64,000 nucleotides of DNA. It comes from Parcubacteria group bacterium Gr01-1014_20 (GTDB lineage: Bacteria; Patescibacteriota; Minisyncoccia; UBA6257; 2-01-FULL-56-20). How positions within the stretch are numbered: the first letter of the stretch is position 1; every line of letters starts with the position of its first letter. Shown one piece after another: positions 48,582 through 56,497 of the stretch. The position numbers and the translations under genes were made by a program. The stretch is from contig VMFW01000002.1 in assembly GCA_007376265.1 (NCBI GenBank), forward strand, positions 13,970 to 77,969. The letters are read 5' to 3'. The notes under the pieces are model-generated. The model made no database searches. It had not been told where the DNA came from and worked only from the letters and a program-made list of their open reading frames with translations.

Positions 48582-49613
48582 GTGCCAAAGCCACGATCAC
48601 CCAGAAATCCCACCAACAAAGATCACTACGGGATCCTCGAAGTAAATCCTCGAGCTAGCCAAGAAGTCATCAAGGCTGCTTTTCATGCCCTAATGAAGGT
48701 TCATCATCCAGACAAACATGGTGATGAAACCTTGGCTAGAAAAATAACCATAGCCTACGAGATCTTGGGCGACCCAGATAAACGGGCTACTTACGATGAG
48801 ACCAGAAAAGTAAAAACCGGAACCATGATTGGCAACTATCGAGTTATTGAGAAAATTGCCGAAGGTGGATTCGGCACCACTTATCTTGGCGAACATGCAA
48901 TCCTCCAAGAACCGGTCTGCATTAAACACTGCGGTCAAGTCGACCCACAACATGATTCCATCCTTATCGAAGAAGCCAAATCGATTTGGAATCTCCGCCA
49001 CTACGGCCTGCCCGTCATGCAAAACCTGGAACGCCTACCCGACGGTAGCCTTGCTCTCGTCATGACCTACGTTCCAGGAAAAACTTTGCGTAAGGTTGTT
49101 GACAAGGTCGGCCGCCTCGAAGCTGAGCACGTTGCGTGGATTACCGAAAGGATCTTAAACGTTCTTAAATACCTCCACTTCAACGGCGTCGTTCACGGAG
49201 ATTTGAAGCCAGACAACATTATCGTTCAACACGAAAGCCACATGGTTGTTCTCGTTGACTTCGGCCTTGCCATGGTAAAGCCAACCAGCAAGAGCACCGC
49301 AAAAGGATTCACTGAATTCTTCGCTCCTCCCGAACAACTAGCCGGCCTCGCTTTAATTCCCGAATCCGATTTCTACAGCTTGGGCATGACCATGCTCTAC
49401 GCCCTAAGCGGCAATCTAAAGTCTCTCGAGCGAAAAGAAGTTCCGAGCGACGTACCCGATCCCCTGTGCGATTTTATTCGAAAACTTATCACCCGCGACC
49501 CAATGTCACGACCACGGTGGGAGAACGTAGACCTTTTTGCTGAAATTCAAAAAGTTCGCGAACAATCCTTTGGGCGTAGCCGATCTGGAATGAAACCAAT
49601 CCCTGGTGCCTAA
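48582..49613 (+). CDS. J-domain (DnaJ-like) fused to a Ser/Thr protein kinase domain
   Basis: J domain DHYGILEV...VHHPDKHGD...YEILGDPDKRATYD (HPD motif); kinase GGFGTTYLG, VCIKH, HGDLKPDNII, DFGLA, APPE; GTG start after GAAAGGAG. Confidence 0.8.
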   Translation: MPKPRSPRNPTNKDHYGILEVNPRASQEVIKAAFHALMKVHHPDKHGDETLARKITIAYEILGDPDKRATYDETRKVKTGTMIGNYRVIEKIAEGGFGTTYLGEHAILQEPVCIKHCGQVDPQHDSILIEEAKSIWNLRHYGLPVMQNLERLPDGSLALVMTYVPGKTLRKVVDKVGRLEAEHVAWITERILNVLKYLHFNGVVHGDLKPDNIIVQHESHMVVLVDFGLAMVKPTSKSTAKGFTEFFAPPEQLAGLALIPESDFYSLGMTMLYALSGNLKSLERKEVPSDVPDPLCDFIRKLITRDPMSRPRWENVDLFAEIQKVREQSFGRSRSGMKPIPGA

Positions 49614-49635
49614 ACCCTAACGGAAGGAAAAACAA

Positions 49636-50607
49636 ATGTCAGAAAGTGCCGATTTTGATCCCGGCGTATGGAGAGGACACGACTTCAGAAGTGCCCGGGC
49701 AGTTTATGACGCGCACGTTGGCCGAAGCTACGTAGATGCCACCGCCGCCGGCAAGAAAAACGCCGACCTCATCCCTTCCAGCATCACCACTCAGAGCCCG
49801 GCGCCACTTGCTATTCTTTGTGACGTAACCGGTTCTATGGGCGAGTGGCCCGCCACCATCTTTTCCAAGCTCCCCTATCTCGAACTCGAGGGGCAGGAAT
49901 ACCTTGGAAAAGAGATGGAAATTTGTTTCGCCGCCGTCGGGGACGCCTACACAGACCAGTACCCTATCCAGGTTCGCCCGTTCGCAAAAGGAACCGATCT
50001 CAAGAAACAGCTCAAAGAACTGGTCATTGAGGGCCACGGTGGCAACCAGCAAACTGAAAGCTATGAACTCTCCGCTCTCTACTTTGCAAGAAACGTCAGT
50101 ATGCCCAACGCCATCAGCCCCATCCTCATTTTCATCGGCGACGAGCAACCCTACGACTTCGTAGACAAAAGCCAAGCAAAATCTTTGGCATACGTCGATC
50201 TTCAGACTCGATTGAGCACAGACGAGATCTTCGAGGAACTGAAGAGAAAGTACTCCGTTTATTTGATCCGCAAACCGTACAGACTCACCGGTCGCAATGA
50301 CATCAGCGAAGAAGACGTCCGCATCAGAAAGGCCTGGGTCAAACTCCTCGGCGAAGATCACATCTCTGATCTGCCCGAAGCCGGGCGGGTTGTCGACGTT
50401 ATCTTCGGCATCCTCGCGAAAGAAACCGGTCGAGTTGAATACTTCGAGAAAGAATTGACCGAGCGCCAAAAGCCCGATCAAATCAAAACCGTCATGAAGT
50501 CTCTGGCAAGCGTGCATCTGTTGCCACCGCCGAGCAAGAGCAAGAAATCCGGCCAATCAACTCTGCGCAATCCCGGCACCGGTCGCAAAACCCAACCTCT
50601 AGTTTAA
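49636..50607 (+). CDS. von Willebrand factor A (vWA) domain protein with intact MIDAS
   Basis: LAILCDVTGSMG (DxTGS MIDAS) and downstream vWA strands (ILIFIGDEQP); RBS GGAAGGA. Confidence 0.75.
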   Translation: MSESADFDPGVWRGHDFRSARAVYDAHVGRSYVDATAAGKKNADLIPSSITTQSPAPLAILCDVTGSMGEWPATIFSKLPYLELEGQEYLGKEMEICFAAVGDAYTDQYPIQVRPFAKGTDLKKQLKELVIEGHGGNQQTESYELSALYFARNVSMPNAISPILIFIGDEQPYDFVDKSQAKSLAYVDLQTRLSTDEIFEELKRKYSVYLIRKPYRLTGRNDISEEDVRIRKAWVKLLGEDHISDLPEAGRVVDVIFGILAKETGRVEYFEKELTERQKPDQIKTVMKSLASVHLLPPPSKSKKSGQSTLRNPGTGRKTQPLV

Positions 50608-50658
50608 ACTCAAATAGAGCGCACCGATCGTAAAGATCGGTGCGCTCAAGGAGTCTTC

Positions 50659-51645
50659 ATGCCACAACCAGAACTCTTTGTTACTCTCTGGCCAAGTTTC
50701 CCCCATTTCGATCGCTTCTCTAGAGATTCCCGTATCGCTGGTATTCGCTTAAACAGCGCCATGATCTCAAACCCAGAATTAGAGAAAGAGCTAGTACTTG
50801 TAAAAGATTCCAAAACCGAAATCCCGATGTACTTTGACGCAAAAGCAAGACAACTTCGAGTCGAAGAAGTTCATGAAAATCCCGACTATCTCGACATAAG
50901 CCTGAACCACCCGATCTCCGTCCAGACTCCCTGCATCGTACTTTTCAAGCAAGAAATCGATCAAGCCATGCTAGCGGAAGTCACCGAAGGCGGCAGACGT
51001 CTCAAGTTCTCGCTCAATCCTCGCTATAACGTAAGACCTGGTGAATCCCTTCATATCCGACACTCCAGCCTGCAAGTCCACGGTCCAAACTTTACCGACA
51101 TCGAAAAGGAAAAAATCCGGCGTGTCCGAGAATTCGGCTTCCGTCGATATTTTCTATCCTACGTCGAAAACCAATCCATCATTGATGAATTCCTCGAAAT
51201 GGTGGGCAGCGACGCTGAGGTTTTTCTGAAAATCGAAAACGAGCGCGGTCTTGAATTCGTGGCGAGTGAGTTCCAAAAAAGAGATGGTCTCTATCTAGTG
51301 GCCGCCAGGGGCGATCTTTATGTAGAGCTAGATCGTCCTCATAAAATCCTGCAAGCCCTCAAGCTGATCATCAGCAAAGACCCAGAAGCCTGTGTCGGCT
51401 CAAGGATCCTGTTGTCCATAATCGGTGACCCCGTTCCTTCCTGTGCCGACTTTCTCGAGCTGGCTTGGCTCTACGACATCGGTTATCGAAAAATGATGCT
51501 CTGCGACGAAATCTGTCTTAGGGAAGAGTGGCTTGGAACCGCTATCAATGCCTTTGATAGTTTCCGAAACTCTTATCCTGAAGACCAAATCACTCTCGAC
51601 CTTCGGGATGAAACTGAAATCTCTCCTATAGAATCAATTGCATAA
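50659..51645 (+). CDS. divergent pyruvate-kinase-like TIM-barrel protein (PK barrel without the C-terminal regulatory domain)
   Basis: Matches the PK barrel landmarks: VTLWPS (cf. CTIGPAS), AGIRLNSA (cf. ARLNFSHG), LKIENERG (cf. SKIENQEG), AARGDLYVEL (cf. ARGDLGVEI), MMLCDEIC (cf. VMLSGESA); RBS AAGGAG. Confidence 0.65.
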   Translation: MPQPELFVTLWPSFPHFDRFSRDSRIAGIRLNSAMISNPELEKELVLVKDSKTEIPMYFDAKARQLRVEEVHENPDYLDISLNHPISVQTPCIVLFKQEIDQAMLAEVTEGGRRLKFSLNPRYNVRPGESLHIRHSSLQVHGPNFTDIEKEKIRRVREFGFRRYFLSYVENQSIIDEFLEMVGSDAEVFLKIENERGLEFVASEFQKRDGLYLVAARGDLYVELDRPHKILQALKLIISKDPEACVGSRILLSIIGDPVPSCADFLELAWLYDIGYRKMMLCDEICLREEWLGTAINAFDSFRNSYPEDQITLDLRDETEISPIESIA

Positions 51646-51649
51646 AAAC

Positions 51650-51682
51650 AGCCCGGGCGCCTCGCTCCCGGGCTTTTATTTC
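51650..51682 (+). terminator. rho-independent terminator GCCCGGG..CCCGGGC + TTTTATTT
   Basis: GC-rich 7-bp stem immediately after the stop of 50659..51645. Confidence 0.7.
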
Positions 51683-51739
51683 CCCACTACATACTCATTC
51701 TTGAAAAAAAAGCTTTTTTTGATACACTAACCATTGCAT

Positions 51740-52011
51740 TCCCCGGTAGCTCAGCGGTAGAGCGGATCCCTGTCGGATAGGCAGCCTATAAGAGTAATCT
51801 TATTTGAAAATTTCGGGATAACGGTGAACCCTTCGATATGCTTTTTGGGCATATAAAGGTAACACCGTGGGAACCCCGCCGAGGCGGGGGCACCGTAGAG
51901 ACTAGATACCGAAACATCCCACCCAGGATGATGATATAGTCCACGCCCTTTGGAAACTTTGGGATAAGTGTAAGGATAAGGTCGTAGGTTCGAATCCTAC
52001 CCGGGGAGCCA
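51740..52011 (+). tRNA. tRNA-Asn(GUU) interrupted in the anticodon loop (after U35) by a group I intron; exons 51740..51773 and 51971..52011, CCA encoded
   Basis: Exon 1 is TCCCCGGTAGCTCAGCGGTAGAGCGGATCCCTGT. Exon 2 is TAAGGATAAGGTCGTAGGTTCGAATCCTACCCGGGGAGCCA. The joined product folds as a canonical tRNA with anticodon loop CUGUUAA and is nearly identical in D- and T-arms to Bacillus-type tRNA-Asn. Confidence 0.7.
51774..51970 (+). ncRNA. group I intron (~197 nt, small IC3-like, no ORF) within tRNA-Asn
   Basis: 5' exon ends in U paired to a GCAG internal guide (U.G wobble), intron ends in G; P7 from R-like CCGTAGAGACTAGA and S-like GATATAGTCC; stable hairpins TATAAGA/TCTTATA, ATATGC/GCATAT, CCCCGCC/GGCGGGG; resembles the 205-nt Azoarcus tRNA-Ile intron. 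Confidence 0.7.
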
Positions 52012-52048
52012 AATAAAAATACTCGATGTTCGATCGGGTATTTTTGTT

Positions 52049-52067
52049 TCTCGGGTAGGATTCAAAC
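52049..52067 (-). repeat. inverted partial copy of the tRNA-Asn 3' end (TCTCGGGTAGGATTCAAAC)
   Basis: 15 of 16 match to the reverse complement of GTTCGAATCCTACCCGGG. Confidence 0.35.
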
Positions 52068-52155
52068 AGGGAAAGGGGTCGGGAAAACGGGAGTTTTCCT
52101 GTGGCGGAAGCATTGAAACCGCTGGGTTTCAAAAAATTTGTGATAGCAAATTTTG

Positions 52156-52179
52156 TTCGATTGCCTACCCGGGGAGCCA
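52156..52179 (+). repeat. direct repeat of the tRNA-Asn 3' end (att-like): TTCGATTGCCTACCCGGGGAGCCA
   Basis: 23 of 24 nt shared with tRNA positions 51989..52011 (TTCGAATCCTACCCGGGGAGCCA), 145 bp downstream of the tRNA. Confidence 0.6.
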
Positions 52180-52273
52180 GTAGAAAACTTAGGTCAGTTT
52201 TAGGAAAATTTACGCGATAAAAAACGCCCAGTTCGTATTTGAGCCAGGCGTCAAATTTTTGATCTGGGCGAGT

Positions 52274-53371
52274 TCATGGCATTACTCCAGTAAGCTCGTC
52301 CATTAATTCGTCTACGGAAAGAATGCGGTCCACGCGAGATGCATTTGTCCCCACGGTAAAAATCGGAAGGTCAGAAGTGTCGTTGGAATCCGCTGCACTC
52401 AAGAGTGCATTACAGATACAAAAAGCTTCATAGCCTTCCAACGCAAGGCAAGTCATACGGCCATCCTCACCCCCGTGGAGTAGATATTGTTTGTCGCAAA
52501 GAAGCGGTCGTCCACGCGAAAGCGCTTGCTGATATCCTGGTGAGCTTTTGATGATTCGGAAAGGCATACCCGCTGGCGATCCAGGATTTGTCACAACCTC
52601 GATATCTTCCTCTCGCGCGGCAACAATGGCCCGCTTGAACTCTTCTGATGCGCCACTTTCATCTGTTGCGGCAAATCGAGTGCCAATTTGTACACCATCA
52701 GCTCCAACGTTCATCCAACGCACAATGTCTTCGCGCGCATAGATACCACCCGCTACGACAACCGGGAAATCTCCGTTTTTCTGAGCCACTTCCTTCACTG
52801 GCCCAAAAAGTTCTTCGAGCCGGAACTCGGGTTTGGAAATATCTTCGACGTTAAAACCCAGGTGCCCACCTGCAAGCGGTCCCTCAAGAACCACTGCATC
52901 CGGCATTCGTCCGTAACGGCTCCAGCGACGGCAGATAAGTTCTAGCGCCCGGCCAGAAGAGATAATCGGGACAAGCGCTATCTGCGCATCTCCCACTATC
53001 TCCGGCAAAGTCATCGGTAAACCTGCGCCCGCGATAATAGCGTTCACTCCACCCTCAATTGCGCCTTCGATAGAAGGAATGTAAGTCTTTTCAATCAGGA
53101 CCATGCAATTGATAGCAACTACACCATTGTTTCCTGATAGTCGCCTTGCTTCTTCAATCTCGAGCTTGGCTGCTTCACGATGGCTTACCTTAAAGCCAGT
53201 TCTTCTTTCAACCATCCTGTCTAAGGCAATGAAGGATACTGTCCCTACGCCACCTCTAAGCGCAACAGCTCCGGCAAGGCGTGCGAGCGATACACCCGCG
53301 CCCATGCCTCCCTGAATAAGGATTACCCCCCGATCCAACCCCCGGACGGCAATTTTCGGCAACTCCACCAT
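52274..53371 (-). CDS. nitronate monooxygenase / NAD(P)H-dependent flavin oxidoreductase (NMO/FabK-like), high-GC gene
   Basis: GGMGAGVS FMN-binding N-terminus, VVAGGI, TIM-barrel NPD pattern; GC about 58%. Confidence 0.75.
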   Translation of the reverse strand: MVELPKIAVRGLDRGVILIQGGMGAGVSLARLAGAVALRGGVGTVSFIALDRMVERRTGFKVSHREAAKLEIEEARRLSGNNGVVAINCMVLIEKTYIPSIEGAIEGGVNAIIAGAGLPMTLPEIVGDAQIALVPIISSGRALELICRRWSRYGRMPDAVVLEGPLAGGHLGFNVEDISKPEFRLEELFGPVKEVAQKNGDFPVVVAGGIYAREDIVRWMNVGADGVQIGTRFAATDESGASEEFKRAIVAAREEDIEVVTNPGSPAGMPFRIIKSSPGYQQALSRGRPLLCDKQYLLHGGEDGRMTCLALEGYEAFCICNALLSAADSNDTSDLPIFTVGTNASRVDRILSVDELMDELTGVMP

Positions 53372-53545
53372 AGTCTTACCTCCCCTTTTCTTCTATTCTC
53401 ATGTAGACCCGATTGCTGGCTTAAGCCTAACATTTGTTAAAAATATTACGCAATACGTACACGTACGTTCCGCTACTAACAGGCGTAAGTCCGTAGCATT
53501 TAAGCACAGCGCAATCCTGAGCAAAACCGAAGACTATTAGTGAAA

Positions 53546-53565
53546 CTCCTACCCGTGGAGCAAAT
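53546..53565 (+). repeat. degenerate third direct copy of the tRNA-Asn 3' end (CTCCTACCCGTGGAGCAAAT)
   Basis: 17 of 20 match to ATCCTACCCGGGGAGCCAAAT; with 52156..52179 it brackets the NMO-like gene. Confidence 0.45.
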
Positions 53566-53608
53566 TTCTCTTGGTTAACTCCGAACGATTGCGGTATGAT
53601 TCTTTATT

Positions 53609-53776
53609 ATGAATAAAAGCAGGGTAATATACTCCGTTCTCGCAATATTATTCGGGGCATTTATGTTTGTATATGGTGAATTTGATGATAGTCCCGGAGG
53701 GCAACTGATCGGACTTCTCATAGGTATTATCGGTATTATAGGCGTGATAAAGAGCAAGAAGAAAAATTCTGGTTAA
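53609..53776 (+). CDS. possible small membrane protein (55 aa, two hydrophobic helices)
   Basis: MNKSRVIYSVLAILFGAFMFVYGEFDDSPGGQLIGLLIGIIGIIGVIKSKKKNSG; below the 60-aa cut-off of the ORF track. Confidence 0.3.
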   Translation: MNKSRVIYSVLAILFGAFMFVYGEFDDSPGGQLIGLLIGIIGIIGVIKSKKKNSG

Positions 53777-53830
53777 GCCAGATTTTAATACTTTCGTTTA
53801 GGCGAAGCAGATTTCAGATTTTTGATTAAC

Positions 53831-54082
53831 TTAACGATGAGGACAGCCGGCCCAACAACAAGGTCGGCGCATTCCGCCCTTAAGCTTAGAGAGTGCCTTC
53901 TCGATGCGGATACCTCTTGTCTCCACTTTCTTGCCTGATGTAATCCAGCAAATCCACTCATTGCGCGCGAGTGGGGTAATATCTTCCCATACTAATTTTG
54001 CCGCTCCGGAAGAAGCAAGAGCTTTTCGTAAATCCGCTGGCATACCATGCACCCCGCTAAGAGCGGTTTCTTTTTTTCCCAC
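53831..54082 (-). CDS. YdeI/OmpD-associated (bacteriocin-protection-like) family protein
   Basis: PADLRKALASSGAAKLVWEDITPLARNEWICWITSGKKVETRGIRIEKALSKL matches the YdeI-family signature. Confidence 0.55.
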   Translation of the reverse strand: MGKKETALSGVHGMPADLRKALASSGAAKLVWEDITPLARNEWICWITSGKKVETRGIRIEKALSKLKGGMRRPCCWAGCPHR

Positions 54083-54377
54083 AAAATCATTCTATCAAAT
54101 CAGAGATAGCAAAAAAATTAGCCTTTTTTGCCCCAGGAAGTAGCATTTGACAAGTCCAACATAGTATGCTACAATTCAAATCCTGAGTTTAAGTACCTCT
54201 CTTGCGAGCCATTCAGGTCTCAACTAAGCCAGTATCTCGTATCTCTAGTAGATTCTAACCTCCTGTCTTCAGGCATAGACGCATCAAGTCGTTTTCAGGC
54301 CTTTCAGAAACATAAGTTAGATATTGGTTTTGTTGAGCTCTTTGATCAGGAATTCAAAAACGAAAGGAGTCCCAAAA

Positions 54378-54614
54378 GTGACACAAAAAGCCTTCCTGGT
54401 GGGAACCCACAGGTTTTCCTTCCAGGCTGGTAAGCCCGCAGAGATTGTGGGAGTAACATTCGTCACTCCCGAGGGTCTCGAAACTCGCCCTTGTTATCAA
54501 ATTCGGTTTGATGACGGCAGAAACGACTTAGTCCCCCTGTCCGAATCTCACCACTTTGAAATCATTTCAGAGCAAGACGTGGCGACCGGAAAGATACCAG
54601 CGGTCACTCACTAA
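54378..54614 (+). CDS. hypothetical small protein (78 aa from the GTG; possibly extended to 54324)
   Basis: RBS GAAAGGAG 6 nt before the GTG; terminator follows. Confidence 0.4.
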   Translation: MTQKAFLVGTHRFSFQAGKPAEIVGVTFVTPEGLETRPCYQIRFDDGRNDLVPLSESHHFEIISEQDVATGKIPAVTH

Positions 54615-54631
54615 CACCTCGCATAAAAGAC

Positions 54632-54672
54632 GAAAACCCCGCTTCGCCTGATGCGAGGTTTTCTTTTTCTAA
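54632..54672. terminator. bidirectional terminator (GAAAACC..GGTTTTC with inner GC hairpin) between convergent genes
   Basis: U-runs on both strands. Confidence 0.55.
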
Positions 54673-54707
54673 AAAATAGAAACGCTTAGACTATTGTGAG
54701 ATAAGTT

Positions 54708-56381
54708 CTATTGGTTTTTCAAGAACTCAAGTCCACGAACTTCAACGTTTCCTGCTGGCGCGTTGATGTTCGGAGCGGGAACCTTCTTTACCGGCTTATC
54801 CTTCACTTTTCCATAACCGCACTGTGGGCCCGGATCGGACACCTTGGTTCCATCAGTCGCAGTCACAACACCCTGCGCCGCGTGCCAATGTTCGGCGCCA
54901 CAACCCACCTCGTCCTCTATAATAAGTTGGCCGACTGGCAAATATTTTCCTTTATATTCGATCACCTCGATTAGTCCCTCCGCCGCCGTCACAGTTATCG
55001 AAACGTTAAACGGGATGGTGTTGACGAGCTCGTTGGCGGCATTCTTGACCGTTATGCTCCCGTTTACGGTATACGTCCCTGGACCAAAACCCTGAACCGT
55101 GTTGCATGAGTAGGTTACATTCACCTTCGCTGGTAAAGAGCCACCGGGTTTATCAATGTGTAGCCAATTCGGAATGTTACCAACGATCGCATAGCGCGCC
55201 GAATCGGACGTAGCCTGTTTCAAATTCAACACTTGCAGATTCTGTGAGCACGAACCAGCTTCCGGAATAGTCCTGCTAATATACACGCCGTCTTGCTGTT
55301 GCACACCCGTATCGGGCGCAACGCAGGCCGCAGGCTTCCCAGCGCAGATTTCCGGATCAACGCAATCCTTCTTCTCGGATGCGCATACGCCCGCATCGCA
55401 GTAAGCACGGCCAACTTGTTTTCCACTGCAACACACCGGTTCTGGATTACCGCAATCGGCATCCACCTTACAGGTTCTTTCGGAATCCTTTAATTCCTGT
55501 CGTAAATCGTCCAAAGCTCCTTGGATGTGATCTATACCGGAAAGCCCCTCTCTCAACCCAGCTGCTTTTGCTTTCTGTAATTGATTCTCGAGGTCTGTAA
55601 TCTGCCTCTGCAAATCAGGATTATTACCACTAAACACGCCAGTGCACGCCAAACTGTTGGGTTGGATAGGCGTACCCGTACCGCCCGTATTAATCGCGCC
55701 GACATTCACATTCGATGTCCCACCTGGTTCTTTGCATTTCTTCTCTATGGCATCGAGTATTGCGGACTTCTCTTGATGCGCCGACTGCGCTTTTAGGACG
55801 GCTTCATCGTACCTTGTTTTTGCCGCTGCTTCTTTTGCTTGACGATCAACTTGGTTAGCTTCTCGGCCCGCCGCAAGCGTGGCATCACACACGGTTTCTT
55901 TTTCTTTATAAAAATCTGGTTTGTGTGTATCTTCGACACAATCATTGTATCTTTTCTTCGCTGCCTCCCGCTCGTTAAACTTCGCTTCGTTAAAACCCTT
56001 ACCAGCATCAAAATCCGCCATTATCTCTTCATATAGTCGGCCCACCTCCTCAAACGGCTTCTTGCATGGATCGGCAGTCAACGCTCGAGAAATACATGCG
56101 TGGTGCTCCGCCTCGAGAGCTCGATTCTTATCCCAATACGCGTCGCTTATCGTCTCCCGCTCCGCGTCAAGCGCCTCTTGCGCCGCAAGCTTTCGTTCCT
56201 CTAATTCGTTCCCAATCGCAATCCTAGCAGACGCCAAATCCTCGCAAGCGGTATTCCGCACATCAACTCCGCCATCGGCAAACTGATTGTTAAAAACGCC
56301 ACCCAAAGAAGCGGCTATGATCCCCAGCACGGCAACGCCTCCGATTAGAGTGGCCAACTTCCCAAAAGACATTGTCCCCAT
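54708..56381 (-). CDS. secreted cysteine-rich hypothetical protein, 557 aa, GC above background
   Basis: N-terminal TM/signal (LATLIGGVAVLGIIAASLGG), Glu/Ala-rich helical region, Cys-rich core (CKVDADCGNPEPVCCSGKQVGRAYCDAGVCASEKKDCVDPEICAGKPAAC), beta-rich C-terminus. Confidence 0.65.
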   Translation of the reverse strand: MGTMSFGKLATLIGGVAVLGIIAASLGGVFNNQFADGGVDVRNTACEDLASARIAIGNELEERKLAAQEALDAERETISDAYWDKNRALEAEHHACISRALTADPCKKPFEEVGRLYEEIMADFDAGKGFNEAKFNEREAAKKRYNDCVEDTHKPDFYKEKETVCDATLAAGREANQVDRQAKEAAAKTRYDEAVLKAQSAHQEKSAILDAIEKKCKEPGGTSNVNVGAINTGGTGTPIQPNSLACTGVFSGNNPDLQRQITDLENQLQKAKAAGLREGLSGIDHIQGALDDLRQELKDSERTCKVDADCGNPEPVCCSGKQVGRAYCDAGVCASEKKDCVDPEICAGKPAACVAPDTGVQQQDGVYISRTIPEAGSCSQNLQVLNLKQATSDSARYAIVGNIPNWLHIDKPGGSLPAKVNVTYSCNTVQGFGPGTYTVNGSITVKNAANELVNTIPFNVSITVTAAEGLIEVIEYKGKYLPVGQLIIEDEVGCGAEHWHAAQGVVTATDGTKVSDPGPQCGYGKVKDKPVKKVPAPNINAPAGNVEVRGLEFLKNQ

Positions 56382-56497
56382 ATGACTGTTTTATTAATTT
56401 TTGATTATCAGGCCCGACGAGTGCCCCTTTATAAATTTACTTAAATACTAGAATAGTCGAATAAAAAAATCAAAACTCCAGAATATCTAAGCATGTC

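Noticed and set aside
49639-50556. 305-aa minus-strand ORF
   Set aside because: It is fully antisense to the vWA gene in a high-GC stretch, with no RBS and no recognisable motifs, whereas the sense frame carries a MIDAS motif and an RBS.
52082-52140. Hairpin-rich 60-nt segment after the tRNA considered as a separate small RNA gene
   Set aside because: It lies inside the att-like repeat interval and shows no promoter or terminator definition; it is more simply leftover island-junction sequence and is reported within the island finding.
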